DNA from: an uncultured bacterium | GTDB taxonomy: Bacteria; Bacteroidota; Rhodothermia; Rhodothermales; DASSAV01 | DNA: 64,000 bases | Direction: 5' to 3' | Assembly (NCBI GenBank): GCA_966250015.1 | Contig: CBINFS010000003.1 | Location: forward strand, 76,047-140,046 | Part shown: piece after piece, positions 50,115 through 60,295 of the stretch | Numbering within the stretch: position 1 is the stretch's first letter | Layout of the letters: every line of letters starts with the position of its first letter | Notes under the pieces: generated by a model | Told to the model about the DNA's origin: nothing | The model's input: the letters and a program-made list of their open reading frames with translations, nothing else | Databases searched by the model: none | Position numbers and translations under genes: made by a program

Positions 50115-50735
50115 TCACCTGCCTTCAGGAGCAGCACCCACGTCTCGGCTCAGAATGGTGATCGGATTGGGATACCGAATGGGTCCCAACGGCGTATCGA
50201 TCACCGGGACGGCATCCAGCCTAATGTTCCGTGGAGAACCGCCCTGCCCCGTGACGGCGAGCGCCAGCTCGACCAGATCAGGCGCGTTTCGCTCGAAAAA
50301 GTCGTACAGATCGAGGCTGATTGTTATTGGGACGTCCGTTGGCTGTCCCGGTGGTAAAAGGATCGCCCGGTCGAACACGCCGCTAACGGTCTGTCGGTCC
50401 TCTATGAAAAGCGTCCAGTCCATCCCCACCAGGCGAGCCTGTACGTCGTTGGTTGCCGGATTCTCGGCACGTAGGTGGAGCGTAAAATTGAGCGGCAGGT
50501 TTTTCTGGGCGATCCCGGTGGTGATCCGAATGAGATCGGTCGCCCGCAAGTCACTGTAAGATTGAATTCTATCGAGCGCGACACCGGCCAGGTTGGCCTG
50601 TGAAACGCGGTCGATGTCGAAATCGACCTGCCGCAAGCTCGCGATCTCGCGCAGAGTCTGGCAGCCTGCGATCGTCACAGTGAAAAGCAGGAACGTGAGT
50701 AGGAAAGCCCGTTGGGGTCGGAAAGGAGAGGTCAT
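50115..50735 (-). CDS. LEA_2/WHy-like lipoprotein
   Basis: Signal peptide with lipobox VTIAGC. The body resembles LEA type-2 (..LHLRAENPATN..LVGMDWTLFIEDR..). It overlaps the longest cmk ORF by 4 nt. Confidence 0.55.
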   Translation of the reverse strand: MTSPFRPQRAFLLTFLLFTVTIAGCQTLREIASLRQVDFDIDRVSQANLAGVALDRIQSYSDLRATDLIRITTGIAQKNLPLNFTLHLRAENPATNDVQARLVGMDWTLFIEDRQTVSGVFDRAILLPPGQPTDVPITISLDLYDFFERNAPDLVELALAVTGQGGSPRNIRLDAVPVIDTPLGPIRYPNPITILSRDVGAAPEGR

Positions 50736-50832
50736 GCTCGTTCGGTTGGTTAATTAGCGTAGAGTGGATGAAAAATCCGCTTCATCCGTCGGTGAGTCCG
50801 AAACTCCTCGTACCTTCCCGTCGGAATTTCAG

Positions 50833-51399
50833 ATGGCACGCAACAAAAAATGGGCCATGCGAAAGCTCAGACACGATGAAATACCGAGGCCGGATCCGAA
50901 AGAGGTAGCGTTATTACCGAGGCATCCCATCTCAATCGTCCTCAACAACGTCCGCTCAATATATAACGTCGGATCGATCTTTCGAACATCCGACGCCGCC
51001 TTGATAGAACACGTTTACATAACGGGATATACCGGTACACCCGACCACCGGTCACTGCACAAGACTGCGTTGGGCGCGCAGGAGACAGTACCATGGTCCT
51101 ACCATCGTGACCCTGTAGAGGTGCTGACCGCGTTACGGTCGAAAGGATACGCCCTTGCCGTTCTCGAAATAACCGATTCACCGAAGTATGCGGACGACCT
51201 GCAGCTCGATCACTTCCCTCTGGCGTTGGTGCTCGGAAATGAGGTGACGGGCGTGGACGACGTGCTCGTCGAGATGGCCGACCTGGCTATCGAGATTCCT
51301 CAGTTCGGCGCCAAGCAGTCGCTCAACGTTTCCGTTGCGTACGGGATTGCCGTTTTCGATCTGGTCCGCCGCTACCGGAAGCTCCACGAATCAACTTGA
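50833..51399 (+). CDS. SpoU/TrmH-family RNA 2'-O-methyltransferase
   Basis: SPOUT motifs NVGSIFRTSDA, LVLGNEVTGV, IPQFGAKQSLNVSVA. ATG 50833 is preferred. Confidence 0.88.
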   Translation: MARNKKWAMRKLRHDEIPRPDPKEVALLPRHPISIVLNNVRSIYNVGSIFRTSDAALIEHVYITGYTGTPDHRSLHKTALGAQETVPWSYHRDPVEVLTALRSKGYALAVLEITDSPKYADDLQLDHFPLALVLGNEVTGVDDVLVEMADLAIEIPQFGAKQSLNVSVAYGIAVFDLVRRYRKLHEST

Positions 51400-51406
51400 A
51401 ACCGAA

Positions 51407-51446
51407 AGGCCCTCCCGTATTCCCGAACGGAAAAACGAAAGGGCCT
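51407..51446. terminator. Possible hairpin terminator between the convergent spoU-like and gltX genes
   Basis: AGGCCCT (51407-13) pairs with AGGGCCT (51440-46). The loop is long and the U-tract weak. Confidence 0.35.
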
Positions 51447-51466
51447 GATTTCGAATCGTCTATTCC

Positions 51467-52957
51467 TTATCCCAGCACTTCCGCTGCGCGGTACATTCGC
51501 CTCCGGCACGTCTCTTTTCCGAGAACGGCCATCATGTGGAAGAGGCTCGGGCCGAACGACACGCCGCTGACGGCAATGCGTGTCGGGTGTATGATACGCC
51601 CCGTCCCGACCCCACGCGCTTCGGCGAGCTCACGCAGCGATTGTTCGATCTGTTCGGATTCGAACACCTCCAGATGCTCGAGCCTGTCGGCAAAAGCGGT
51701 CACCAGCTCGGCCGAATCCTCCTTCCATCTCTTTTTGACACCCTGCTCCTCGTACGATTCCGGATCGACGAAAAAATACGGGCTCGATAATGCGACGTCT
51801 TCGGCCAGTGTGATTCTTTCCTGTATCAAGATGGCGACTTCGCGCACGTATTCGTCACTTGCCGTGAATCCGTGTTTTTCGATGAACGGGCGTACGCGTT
51901 TTGTAAGCTCCTCAGGCGACAGCCGGCGTAGGTACTGCTGATTGTACCAATGGAGCTTATCCAGATTGAATTGCACACCGCTGGAACCTACACGTTCGAT
52001 CGTGAAGGCTTCCACCAGCTCGTCGAGTGAAAAGATCTCCTGCTCGGTGCCCGGGTTCCAGCCGAGGAACGCGAGGAAGTTCACAAGCGCCTGCGGCTCG
52101 TACCCGGCGTCCCGATATTGCCTGACTGAAACGGGGATTCCGATCTTGTCCGCACTTCGTTTTGACAGCTTCCCTCCTTCCGGGCTCAGAATGAGGGGAA
52201 GGTGAGCCCACTGTGGGGGCGTCCACCCCAGGAACTGGTAAAGCAGGATGTGCTTGGGCGTAGAAGGTAGCCACTCCTCTCCTCTGATGACGTGTGTGAC
52301 CCCCATCAGGTGGTCGTCCACGACGTTTGCCAGGTGGTAGGTGGGCATGCCGTCCGACTTGATGAGCACCTGATCGTCGACGACGCTCGATTCGAAGGTG
52401 ACGCTGCCCCGTATCAGGTCGTCGAAACGGACCGATTCACCCCTGGGCACTTTGAGCCGTACGACGTAGTCCTGCCCGCTTTCGAGCCGCCGTTTTACCT
52501 CTTCTTCCGGCAAGGTGAGGGAGTTGCTCATCTGGGTGCGCGTCGAGGCGTCGTATTTGGCCCCGATGACACCCTGGGCTTCCATTCGCCTGCGCATCGC
52601 TTCGATCTCGTCCGGCGAGTCGAAGGCAATGTAGGCATATCCCTTTTCGAGCAGCTGGTCGGCGTATTGTTTGTATAATGCCTTCCTTTCGGATTGCCGG
52701 TAGGGTTCGTGCGGTCCACCCTTGCGGACCCCTTCATCGTACTCGAGTCCGGCCCATTCGAGTGACTCGAGGATGTCCTCCTCGGCGCCATCGACGTACC
52801 GTTCCTGATCGGTATCCTCGATCCTGAGGATAAACTTTCCGCCCCTATTCCGTGCAAACAGATAGTTGTATAGCGCCGTTCGTAATCCGCCTATGTGAAG
52901 CAAGCCGGTCGGGCTGGGCGCAAATCGGACGCGAACGGCAGAATCAGTTGTTTCCAT
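51467..52957 (-). CDS. gltX: Glutamyl-tRNA synthetase
   Basis: [21 protein letters not shown] (HIGH motif) and KLSKRS (KMSKS motif). ATG 52957 ([10 protein letters not shown]) removes the overlap with glnS. Confidence 0.95.
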   Translation of the reverse strand: METTDSAVRVRFAPSPTGLLHIGGLRTALYNYLFARNRGGKFILRIEDTDQERYVDGAEEDILESLEWAGLEYDEGVRKGGPHEPYRQSERKALYKQYADQLLEKGYAYIAFDSPDEIEAMRRRMEAQGVIGAKYDASTRTQMSNSLTLPEEEVKRRLESGQDYVVRLKVPRGESVRFDDLIRGSVTFESSVVDDQVLIKSDGMPTYHLANVVDDHLMGVTHVIRGEEWLPSTPKHILLYQFLGWTPPQWAHLPLILSPEGGKLSKRSADKIGIPVSVRQYRDAGYEPQALVNFLAFLGWNPGTEQEIFSLDELVEAFTIERVGSSGVQFNLDKLHWYNQQYLRRLSPEELTKRVRPFIEKHGFTASDEYVREVAILIQERITLAEDVALSSPYFFVDPESYEEQGVKKRWKEDSAELVTAFADRLEHLEVFESEQIEQSLRELAEARGVGTGRIIHPTRIAVSGVSFGPSLFHMMAVLGKETCRRRMYRAAEVLG

Positions 52958-52970
52958 TCTATAAGGGGTA

Positions 52971-55376
52971 CTAAGCGTCGAGTTTTTTGACGAACAGGTC
53001 GCGTGCGGTTTCCGGATTGGCGCGGCCACCGGTTTCCTGCATCAAACGGCCGAGGAAGAACCCAATAAGGCCGGTTTTCCCCTGGCGATACTGTTCCCTT
53101 TTATCCGGATGAGCGTCAAGAATACGGTCGACCATAGCCTCCAGCTCCGAGGTGTCGGTTAGCTGCCGCAACCCCTTATCATTAACGATGGCGACCGGAT
53201 CTCGTCCTGTTTCGAGCATCTCCGCAAACACGTCCTTGGCGATCCGACCGGTTATCACGCCGCCGTCGATCAGCTCGACGAGCTTTCCAATTTGCTCACC
53301 GGTGAACGGAAAGTCGTCAATCGGCCGGTTTTTGGTTTCACGCAGCACCTCATTGATGATCCAGTTGGCCACACTCTTTGGATTGTTGTGAGCCCTGATT
53401 GCTTCTTCGAAGAACGCACTAAGCTTTCGATTTTCAACCAGGATGAGGGCGTCGTCCTTTTGCAGGTTCATTTCCTGCGTGTATCGGGTCAATCTTTCGC
53501 GTTTATCCGGAGAAAGGGTGGCAACAGGATCCGACTTCTCCTCCGACGTCCTCACCGGTTCGAGTTTCTCCTTAGCACTACGTCGCCGAGCTTCATCCTT
53601 CTTAACCTCCGCGTCCTTCTGCTCCGCCTGAACGATTTTTCCCCATGAATCACGCAGGGAAATGATTCGATTGAACACCAGCTTATCGGGTTTCGAATCG
53701 ACCGGATCGCGCCAGAAGTACCCCTGGCGCTCGAACTGATACCGCGTCTCCGGGTCGTCGTCCAGGATGCTGGGCTCGACCATACATCCCTCCTTCACGA
53801 CAAGCGACTCCGGATTCAGCAGCTCCCGGAAATCCGTCTCGACCTCATCCGGATTCGGGACCGTGAAGAGCCGATCGTAAAGCCTGACTTCGACCGGGAC
53901 TGCATGCTCGGCCGACACCCAATGGATCGTCCCTTTGATCTTGCGCCCGTCCGGGGCATTCCCGCCCCGGCTCTCGGGGTCGTACGTACAGAATAGCTCG
54001 ACGATCTGCCCGGTGGATTCGTCCTTGATCACGCGCTCACACTTGATGATGTACGCATATCTCAGCCGGACCTCCTGCCCTGGCGAAAGCCGATGAAACT
54101 TCTTCGGCGGGTTCTCCATAAAGTCGTCCCGCTCGATGTAGATGGTACGGCAGAAGGGAACCTTTCGTGAGCCCTCACGCGGCACGTCGTGCGGCCAGTA
54201 CGGTGCATCGAGCCATTCTACTTCGCCTTCGGGGTAGTTCGTGATGGTCACTTTCAGTGGATCGAGCACACCCATGACTCTGGGAGCGCGGTAGTTCAGG
54301 TCGTCACGAATACTATGTTCGAACAGCGCGATGTCGACCCGGCTGTTAGCTTTCGCTACACCGATACGTTCTGCGAAATCTCGGATTGCCTCGGGCGTAA
54401 TACCCCGACGCCTCATGCCAGCGATGGTGGGCATTCGGGGATCGTCCCACCCGTCAACGTGACCGCCCTTGACGAGCTCGAGCAGCTTCCGCTTGCTCAG
54501 GACCGTGTAGTCGAGCGCCAGCCTTGCAAACTCGTACTGATGCGGCCGTGGATCGCCCACCGTGTTGTCGAGCACCCAGTCGTAAATCTCACGATTGTTG
54601 TCGAACTCCAGCGTACACAGAGAGTGTGTAATGGACTCGATGGCGTCCGAGAGTGGGTGGGCAAAATCGTACATCGGGTAGATGCACCACTTGTCTCCCG
54701 TGCGGTAATGCGTGGCGTGTCGAATCCGGTAGAGTAGTGGGTCGCGCGCTTTCATGTTTTGCGAGGCCATATCCATTTTTGCCCGCAAGACGTGTTCGCC
54801 GTCCTTAAACTCTCCAGCTCTCATTCTCTGAAAGAGATCGAGGTTTTCTTCAACCGTTCGATTCCGGTAAGGGCTCTCCTTGCCCGGCTCGGTTACGGTG
54901 CCTCTATTCAGCCGGATCTCCTCCTCCGTCTGGCTGTCGACGTAAGCTTTGCCGTCCTTGATCAATTTGACGGCGTAGTTGTACAGCGCCTCGAAGTAGT
55001 CCGAAGCAAAAAACAACCGATCCTCCCAGTCAAAACCGAGCCAGCGCACGTCGCGCTGAATCGCTTCGACGTACTCGAGGTCTTCAGTAGTGGGATTGGT
55101 GTCGTCAAACCGAAGGTTGCACTTGCCGTTGTAGTCACGCGCCAATCCAAAATTCAGGCAGATCGACTTGGCGTGCCCAATGTGGAGATAACCGTTCGGC
55201 TCGGGAGGGAACCGCGTCCTCACGCGGCCGTCGTGCAGACCGGCCTTCAGATCCGCCTCGATGATTTCGCGGATAAAGTTGGTAGTGCTTCCTGATCGCC
55301 CTTCAAGTTTGGCGCCCGATAGATCCGCATTAGATACGGTCTTGTCGGTAATCGATTCGGTTTGGGAAAGACTCAT
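52971..55376 (-). CDS. glnS: Glutaminyl-tRNA synthetase with a C-terminal GatB/YqeY-like appended domain
   Basis: [29 protein letters not shown] (HIGH), VLSKRKL (KMSKS). The canonical end ..[16 protein letters not shown] is followed by 218 extra aa with a GatB_Yqey-like pattern. ATG 55376 is preferred. Confidence 0.93.
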   Translation of the reverse strand: MSLSQTESITDKTVSNADLSGAKLEGRSGSTTNFIREIIEADLKAGLHDGRVRTRFPPEPNGYLHIGHAKSICLNFGLARDYNGKCNLRFDDTNPTTEDLEYVEAIQRDVRWLGFDWEDRLFFASDYFEALYNYAVKLIKDGKAYVDSQTEEEIRLNRGTVTEPGKESPYRNRTVEENLDLFQRMRAGEFKDGEHVLRAKMDMASQNMKARDPLLYRIRHATHYRTGDKWCIYPMYDFAHPLSDAIESITHSLCTLEFDNNREIYDWVLDNTVGDPRPHQYEFARLALDYTVLSKRKLLELVKGGHVDGWDDPRMPTIAGMRRRGITPEAIRDFAERIGVAKANSRVDIALFEHSIRDDLNYRAPRVMGVLDPLKVTITNYPEGEVEWLDAPYWPHDVPREGSRKVPFCRTIYIERDDFMENPPKKFHRLSPGQEVRLRYAYIIKCERVIKDESTGQIVELFCTYDPESRGGNAPDGRKIKGTIHWVSAEHAVPVEVRLYDRLFTVPNPDEVETDFRELLNPESLVVKEGCMVEPSILDDDPETRYQFERQGYFWRDPVDSKPDKLVFNRIISLRDSWGKIVQAEQKDAEVKKDEARRRSAKEKLEPVRTSEEKSDPVATLSPDKRERLTRYTQEMNLQKDDALILVENRKLSAFFEEAIRAHNNPKSVANWIINEVLRETKNRPIDDFPFTGEQIGKLVELIDGGVITGRIAKDVFAEMLETGRDPVAIVNDKGLRQLTDTSELEAMVDRILDAHPDKREQYRQGKTGLIGFFLGRLMQETGGRANPETARDLFVKKLDA

Positions 55377-55385
55377 TTCATCATC

Positions 55386-55427
55386 TAAAAACAGTGCGTC
55401 CGGAACAGTGACCTCGTTCCGGACGCA
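55386..55427 (-). terminator. Terminator-like hairpin ending about 10 nt upstream of the glnS ATG
   Basis: A 12-bp perfect stem TGCGTCCGGAAC (55395-55406) pairs with GTTCCGGACGCA (55416-55427). On the minus strand it is followed by CTGTTTTTAG. Confidence 0.65.
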
Positions 55428-55596
55428 ATCAACCTCATCAATAATTTTATAACGCTTCCTGACGAACCTCGCTCGAAGTGGCGGCATCATCCGGCGAGTC
55501 CAGTTCGGGGCCAGGCTTGTTGATAGTTCCACGCCTGAACCTTCGAAAAAGTGCCGTGTCAGGTTCCAGCGGATTTGAGATACTAGATGTCCGCGG

Positions 55597-56148
55597 TTAT
55601 AAAGTTTCGACGGCCTGTAGTTCCTCTGCTTTCGAAGCCTCGATCGTCAATCCTGGGTAGAAAACGTATACGGCTTCCCTCACACCGGGCGTTTGCGGGA
55701 ACTCGACCCGTTCTTCCCCTCCGGAAACGAAAAACACGGAAGGCGAGCGCGGTGGTTCGACGCGTAACAGCAAGCCGGTTATGAACAGTACGATTGCAGC
55801 CAGCATGGCAGCTCGTATCGAAATGCGGGTTTGCAGCCGCCAGACTGGTTCGCGGTCGGCGGCACGATCGAGACGCATACGGCTCCCCTTGTGCTGCGCA
55901 AGCCGTTTGAAGAAAGCATCGTCCGTAGCGGGTGGCACTACTATGTGTTCCATCCTGCCGTAGCGCCGGAATCGCATGACACTGTCGAGGGTATGACGGC
56001 AGGAGTCGCACGTAGCCAGGTGTGCAAAGAACTCTGCCTGTCGGCTCGTTGCCAGCTCGCCGTCGACAAACAGGTTCAGCGCCTCCACCATTTCAGGGCT
56101 GCAGCGATCCTTCCCGGATGCCGTGCGATCAATTAATTCAATGCTCAT
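55597..56148 (-). CDS. Anti-sigma factor (zf-HC2 type, single-pass membrane)
   Basis: The H..C..C motif [14 protein letters not shown], a TM segment [16 protein letters not shown], and position immediately downstream of the ECF sigma gene. Confidence 0.8.
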   Translation of the reverse strand: MSIELIDRTASGKDRCSPEMVEALNLFVDGELATSRQAEFFAHLATCDSCRHTLDSVMRFRRYGRMEHIVVPPATDDAFFKRLAQHKGSRMRLDRAADREPVWRLQTRISIRAAMLAAIVLFITGLLLRVEPPRSPSVFFVSGGEERVEFPQTPGVREAVYVFYPGLTIEASKAEELQAVETL

Positions 56149-56189
56149 AGACTTCTTGCGCTCATTAAATCACACTCTACTACTGCGTG

Positions 56190-56762
56190 CTATTCTGATT
56201 CGACCTCCCACGACTCTTTCTGAAGCACCACCTCCATGTAATCGGCCAACTTACGTCTTGCCTTGAACAGGCGCGACTTGACGGCACTCATCGTACTCCG
56301 GGTGATCGCCGCGATCTCTTCATACGAAAGATTCTGATACTCTCGTAATACGATGACTTCACGGTAGTCGGGCTTCAATTCGGCGAGGTAGCGATTGATC
56401 AGGTCGATCTGCTCGCTTTTCTCCATACGGCTAACAGGCGTATCCGTTGCGTACGCTACGGGCTCGCCTTCATTTTCAAGAGAGGTCTGTTTGCTCACCC
56501 GCCGGAGATAATTCAGGCATTGATTCCGGGCGATGGTGAATAACCACGACTTGAAGCTGCTGGTATTTATGAGACGATCACGATTCTCGTAGACCCGCAG
56601 AAAGGTCTCCTGCATGATGTCCTGCGCCGGATCGCGATCGAGGAGCATTTTGACGCAGAAGGCATAAACGCTACCCTTGTACCTGTTATAAAGAGATACG
56701 AAGGCAAACTCGTCTCCGGCCTGAAAAGCCTCGATCAAGGTTTTATCGTCCGTGTGCATCAC
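56190..56762 (-). CDS. ECF-family RNA polymerase sigma factor (sigma-70 regions 2 and 4)
   Basis: FVSLYNRYKGSVYAFC, QETFLRVYEN, FKSWLFTIARNQCLNYLRR, REYQNLSYEEIAAITRSTMSAVKSRL. Confidence 0.93.
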   Translation of the reverse strand: MMHTDDKTLIEAFQAGDEFAFVSLYNRYKGSVYAFCVKMLLDRDPAQDIMQETFLRVYENRDRLINTSSFKSWLFTIARNQCLNYLRRVSKQTSLENEGEPVAYATDTPVSRMEKSEQIDLINRYLAELKPDYREVIVLREYQNLSYEEIAAITRSTMSAVKSRLFKARRKLADYMEVVLQKESWEVESE

Positions 56763-56763
56763 A

Positions 56764-56787
56764 GTGGTTCAGGGTTGGCGTGGTTCA
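56764..56787 (-). repeat. 8-nt direct repeat TGAACCAC x2 (16-nt period) abutting the ECF sigma start codon
   Basis: Plus strand: GTGGTTCA at 56764-71 and 56780-87. The minus strand reads TGAACCAC-N8-TGAACCAC-TGTG-ATG. Confidence 0.8.
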
Positions 56788-57154
56788 AGCGCGAACTGCC
56801 TCCCTTCTAACGGGTAGACAATCGGATTATGCAAAGGTTGCTTATTCAAGCCGTCCGTCGTGGTTTTGGCGATCGGATACCGCATTTTGCAGACCGGAAG
56901 CACATCTTGATTCATTGAAACTACATGAATTCCGAACGGTCTGATGGTTAGCACCGCTTAAGAATACCTGATTATTTGATTTACAAACCGACGAAATAAC
57001 GTGTTTTCTGAGCGCATATACTGCTTTTAGCAGAGGATTGTCCGGCAATGCATTTGACGTAGCAGTGGAAAAATGATTCCGTTGCATCCCATCAGCAGGC
57101 GATATAAGTTAGGTCGCCTCGTGGAATAATGGATGTATCGATAAGTTGAATGAA

Positions 57155-59236
57155 ATGAGAACAATTAGCGGTATCCTGTCATTTTCTTTCTTCCTGGTTG
57201 CCGTTCTATCCGGTTGCAGCGGGGCGCGAACGTCTACGCTACAGGCGACAGACGAGCCTGCCACTTCTATGGCGCCCGAGCAACTTGACTCTTCAATCGT
57301 GGCGGTATATGACGATCAGGTCGTCACCATCGAGGAGTTTGAGGACCAGTACACTCGGTCCGCCGGCGCGACGGGGTTGTCCTCTACCGATACCCTTTCG
57401 AACTACCGTGAGTTTCTCTCGAGGTACGTCGACTTCCGTCTGAAGGTGCTCGCCGCGCGGGCAGCTGGATTGGATACGGTCGAGAGCATCAAGCAGGAGC
57501 TCAATGCGTATCGAACGAATCTCGCCCGTCCCCTGTTGCTGGAAAAAGAAGTGATTGAGCCGCTTATGCGCCAGTTCTTCGAGCGGATGCAGACGGCAGT
57601 AGACGTCAGCCACATCCTCGTTCAGGTCCGGCGGGACGCAAGCCCGGAAGACACGCTGGCGGCGTACAACCGGATCAGCGCCATTCGGGACTCGGTGATC
57701 CAGGGAGCAGATTTCGGCGAAATGGCCCTCCGGCATTCCGAAGATCCGTCTGCCCGAATGGAAGGCAGACAGGGTTACCAGGGGAGACTAGGTTTCTTTA
57801 CCGCCGGCATGATGGTTAGCGAATTCGAGGACTTCTCCTACAACACGCCGGTTGGTGAGATCTCGCCCGTTTTCAGGACCCAGTACGGGTACCATTTCCT
57901 GAAGGTTCACGATGAAAAGCCGTCCGAACCTGCCGTTCGCATCTCGCACATCATGATCACACCGGACGGAATCGACTCCACCGCGGCGCGTAACGCAAGG
58001 GCGGAGCTACAAAAGATTCTGGATCGAATCGCAGCGGGAGAAGACTTCGGCGACCTTGCCCGGACGTATTCGGACCATCCGTTCAGTGCAGAAAGGGGCG
58101 GCGACGTTGGTTGGGTAAGTCCTTACCGGCGCGAGGCGATGCCGGCGTGGGGTAACGCACCGTTCGAGCTGAAAGAAATTGGCGACATCTCGGGCATCGT
58201 CCGGTCTCAATACGGGTTCCACATTCTCAAGCTAACGGGGCGACAGACCCTGGACGATTACGAAAAAATAAAAGGCGAAATCAGGACTTACGTTTCGAGA
58301 TTGCCAGAGGCGCGAGAGGCACAGGACCGTCTGGCGCAGCGAATAAGAGACGAGGAGGGTTCCAACTACGATGTTTCCGTGCTGATGCAAGCGCTCGAAG
58401 GCATCGCGCCAGACTCCATCATCATTTACCTCACGCACGGAGATTTTTCAGAGAATCGCACACCCTTTGCCAACCTCGGCGAACGATCCTTTTCTGTTCG
58501 TGATCTGGCGGAATACGTAAAGGCTTATCGGCCAAGAATCACAGGACAGGATCTTTCATTCGTGCTCGACAGGCTTTCGAATCATTTTCTGAATCACGAA
58601 GCCATCGAGCTGGCCGCCCAAACGCTTGAAGATCGGGATCCGGAGTTTCGCAGAACGATGGAGGAGTTCCACGACGGCCTGTTGCTCTTCCGCGTGATGG
58701 AAGATTCGGTTTGGAACGCGGCCGCTCAGGATTCGCTCGCCCTCGAAGCGTTATATGAGGCAAATCGGGGTAAATATCGTTTCCCCGACCGCGTGCGGAC
58801 GCTGGCGTTCTCGCACCGTTCCGACTCGCTGCTGAATGCAATCGGTGAGCGTATCAAACAGGGAACGCCGCTGACCGAGATAGCTGCCGAGATCCTCGCC
58901 GATACGGTGTATCACGTCCAGCTCGACACCGTTATGGTGGCCGAGCGGACCGGGTCGGTGTATGATCGCGTCCTCCAGATGAACGAAGGAGACGTGACCG
59001 AACCGATCGAAATGCCGCGGGGGAAGGTCATGCTCTACCACGACGGCATCGATCCTGCCCGGGAGAAGACGTTCAAGGAAGCACGAGCGGAGGTCCTTAG
59101 CGACCACCAGGCGGCGCTCGAAGAGGCCATGTTGCAACGGCTTCGTACGGTGTACAACGTAAGGCTATTCCCTGAAAGGCTGAGTCAGGCTTTCAAAAAC
59201 AAGCCGGAACCGTCCGTTTCCACGTCCTCGCTTTGA
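57155..59236 (+). CDS. PpiD/SurA-like lipoprotein with two parvulin-type PPIase domains
   Basis: Lipobox AVLSGC. Two parvulin domains (VSHILV..GFFTAGMMVSEFE..YGYHFLKV and ISHIMI..GWVSPY..YGFHILKL). ATG 57155 is preferred. Confidence 0.88.
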   Translation: MRTISGILSFSFFLVAVLSGCSGARTSTLQATDEPATSMAPEQLDSSIVAVYDDQVVTIEEFEDQYTRSAGATGLSSTDTLSNYREFLSRYVDFRLKVLAARAAGLDTVESIKQELNAYRTNLARPLLLEKEVIEPLMRQFFERMQTAVDVSHILVQVRRDASPEDTLAAYNRISAIRDSVIQGADFGEMALRHSEDPSARMEGRQGYQGRLGFFTAGMMVSEFEDFSYNTPVGEISPVFRTQYGYHFLKVHDEKPSEPAVRISHIMITPDGIDSTAARNARAELQKILDRIAAGEDFGDLARTYSDHPFSAERGGDVGWVSPYRREAMPAWGNAPFELKEIGDISGIVRSQYGFHILKLTGRQTLDDYEKIKGEIRTYVSRLPEAREAQDRLAQRIRDEEGSNYDVSVLMQALEGIAPDSIIIYLTHGDFSENRTPFANLGERSFSVRDLAEYVKAYRPRITGQDLSFVLDRLSNHFLNHEAIELAAQTLEDRDPEFRRTMEEFHDGLLLFRVMEDSVWNAAAQDSLALEALYEANRGKYRFPDRVRTLAFSHRSDSLLNAIGERIKQGTPLTEIAAEILADTVYHVQLDTVMVAERTGSVYDRVLQMNEGDVTEPIEMPRGKVMLYHDGIDPAREKTFKEARAEVLSDHQAALEEAMLQRLRTVYNVRLFPERLSQAFKNKPEPSVSTSSL

Positions 59237-59243
59237 AGATCAT

Positions 59244-59275
59244 ATGAGCGGCGGAGATCCGATCCTGCCGCTCAT
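59244..59275 (+). terminator. Hairpin after the first PPIase gene (possible terminator/attenuator)
   Basis: A 9-bp stem ATGAGCGGC pairs with GCCGCTCAT, followed by TTGCGTCGTTCTTC. Confidence 0.5.
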
Positions 59276-59312
59276 TTGCGTCGTTCTTCATGCAACCGAG
59301 TGATTGCGCGTC

Positions 59313-60173
59313 ATGAACGCGAAGTGTATCCCTGCTTTCGTTTCGATTGTTTTGGTGCTTGCATCTGGAGGTTGCGGCAGGGAATCGGCGCCTCCGAACT
59401 TCGTAGCACGCGTCGGAGACCAGTACCTGTTCGAAAGTACGCTGCGAGAGATGATCGAGAGCTCTCCCTTCGTGCAAGACACGGTTGAATTGCGTCGCCA
59501 GATCATCGACCGGTGGGTATCCGATGCCATACTGCTCGATGAGGCGAGGCGCCGCTCACTCCACAGGAAAGAGGAGGTACAACGGCTGTTACGGGAGAAC
59601 GAGCGTTCGGTACTGATCAGCGCCCTGCTCGAAGAGCTGTACGAGGAGACGGACTCGGCTCCTTCCGACGTCGAGCTCCTCACGTACTACGAACGTAACA
59701 AGGAATCGCTGGTGCTCCGCGAGCCGTTTGTACGCGTTCACTATCTGAGCGCCTCCGTGCGAGACTCTGCCGAATCGGCGAGAGCCTTGTTGGTGGCGGC
59801 TCAACAGAGCAACGATCCGGAAGCACGGTGGCTGGAGATCGCAGAAGAGTTCTCGTCCGATAAATCGGGCTCGCAGATTTTATCGGATCATTTCCTTCCC
59901 GAAAGCAGACTGTTCACACACAATCCCGTACTCAGCCGTGCCCTTGCGTCACTTCAGGATGGGCAGATTTCGCCCGTCATTGAGTCCGATAGCTTGTTTC
60001 ACGTAATACAGCTCGTCGAGCGAGTGCCGGCAGGGAGCATCCCGCAATTTGAATGGGTGAAGGAGGATCTCGCTGAGCGTTTATCCATCCAGGCCAGGAA
60101 ACAGATGTATGCTCAACAGGTTCAACGCCTCAGAAATGAAGCCCTTGCACGGGAGGACCTCGAGATCAGGTGA
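59313..60173 (+). CDS. SurA N-terminal-like / degenerate parvulin chaperone lipoprotein
   Basis: Signal peptide ending LASGGC; SurA_N-like helices; a weak parvulin-like segment (VRVHYL..LFHVIQL). Confidence 0.7.
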   Translation: MNAKCIPAFVSIVLVLASGGCGRESAPPNFVARVGDQYLFESTLREMIESSPFVQDTVELRRQIIDRWVSDAILLDEARRRSLHRKEEVQRLLRENERSVLISALLEELYEETDSAPSDVELLTYYERNKESLVLREPFVRVHYLSASVRDSAESARALLVAAQQSNDPEARWLEIAEEFSSDKSGSQILSDHFLPESRLFTHNPVLSRALASLQDGQISPVIESDSLFHVIQLVERVPAGSIPQFEWVKEDLAERLSIQARKQMYAQQVQRLRNEALAREDLEIR

Positions 60174-60295
60174 TCAGGCCTGACTAAGAATACTATTCCG
60201 ATTCAATCTTTTCGATATTACCCTATATGCGGGGCGTTCGATTCTTCGAGCACCTCGATCACGTTGACTTTTAGGACGAACGCTCGTTGACCTTG

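Noticed and set aside
55377-55532. N-terminal extensions in the ORF track: glnS to 55532, rimP to 40527, gltX to 53029, rbfA to 35594, infB to 38536, recA from 1251, purM from 3338, and others.
   Set aside because: The extensions are not homologous to the known N-termini of these families. They run through terminator hairpins or overlap neighbouring genes. Internal ATG starts restore canonical N-termini.
60174-60183. 10-bp palindrome TCAGGCCTGA immediately after the stop of the second PPIase gene.
   Set aside because: It is too short, has no loop and no U-tract. It is most likely chance or a restriction-site-like palindrome with no supported function.
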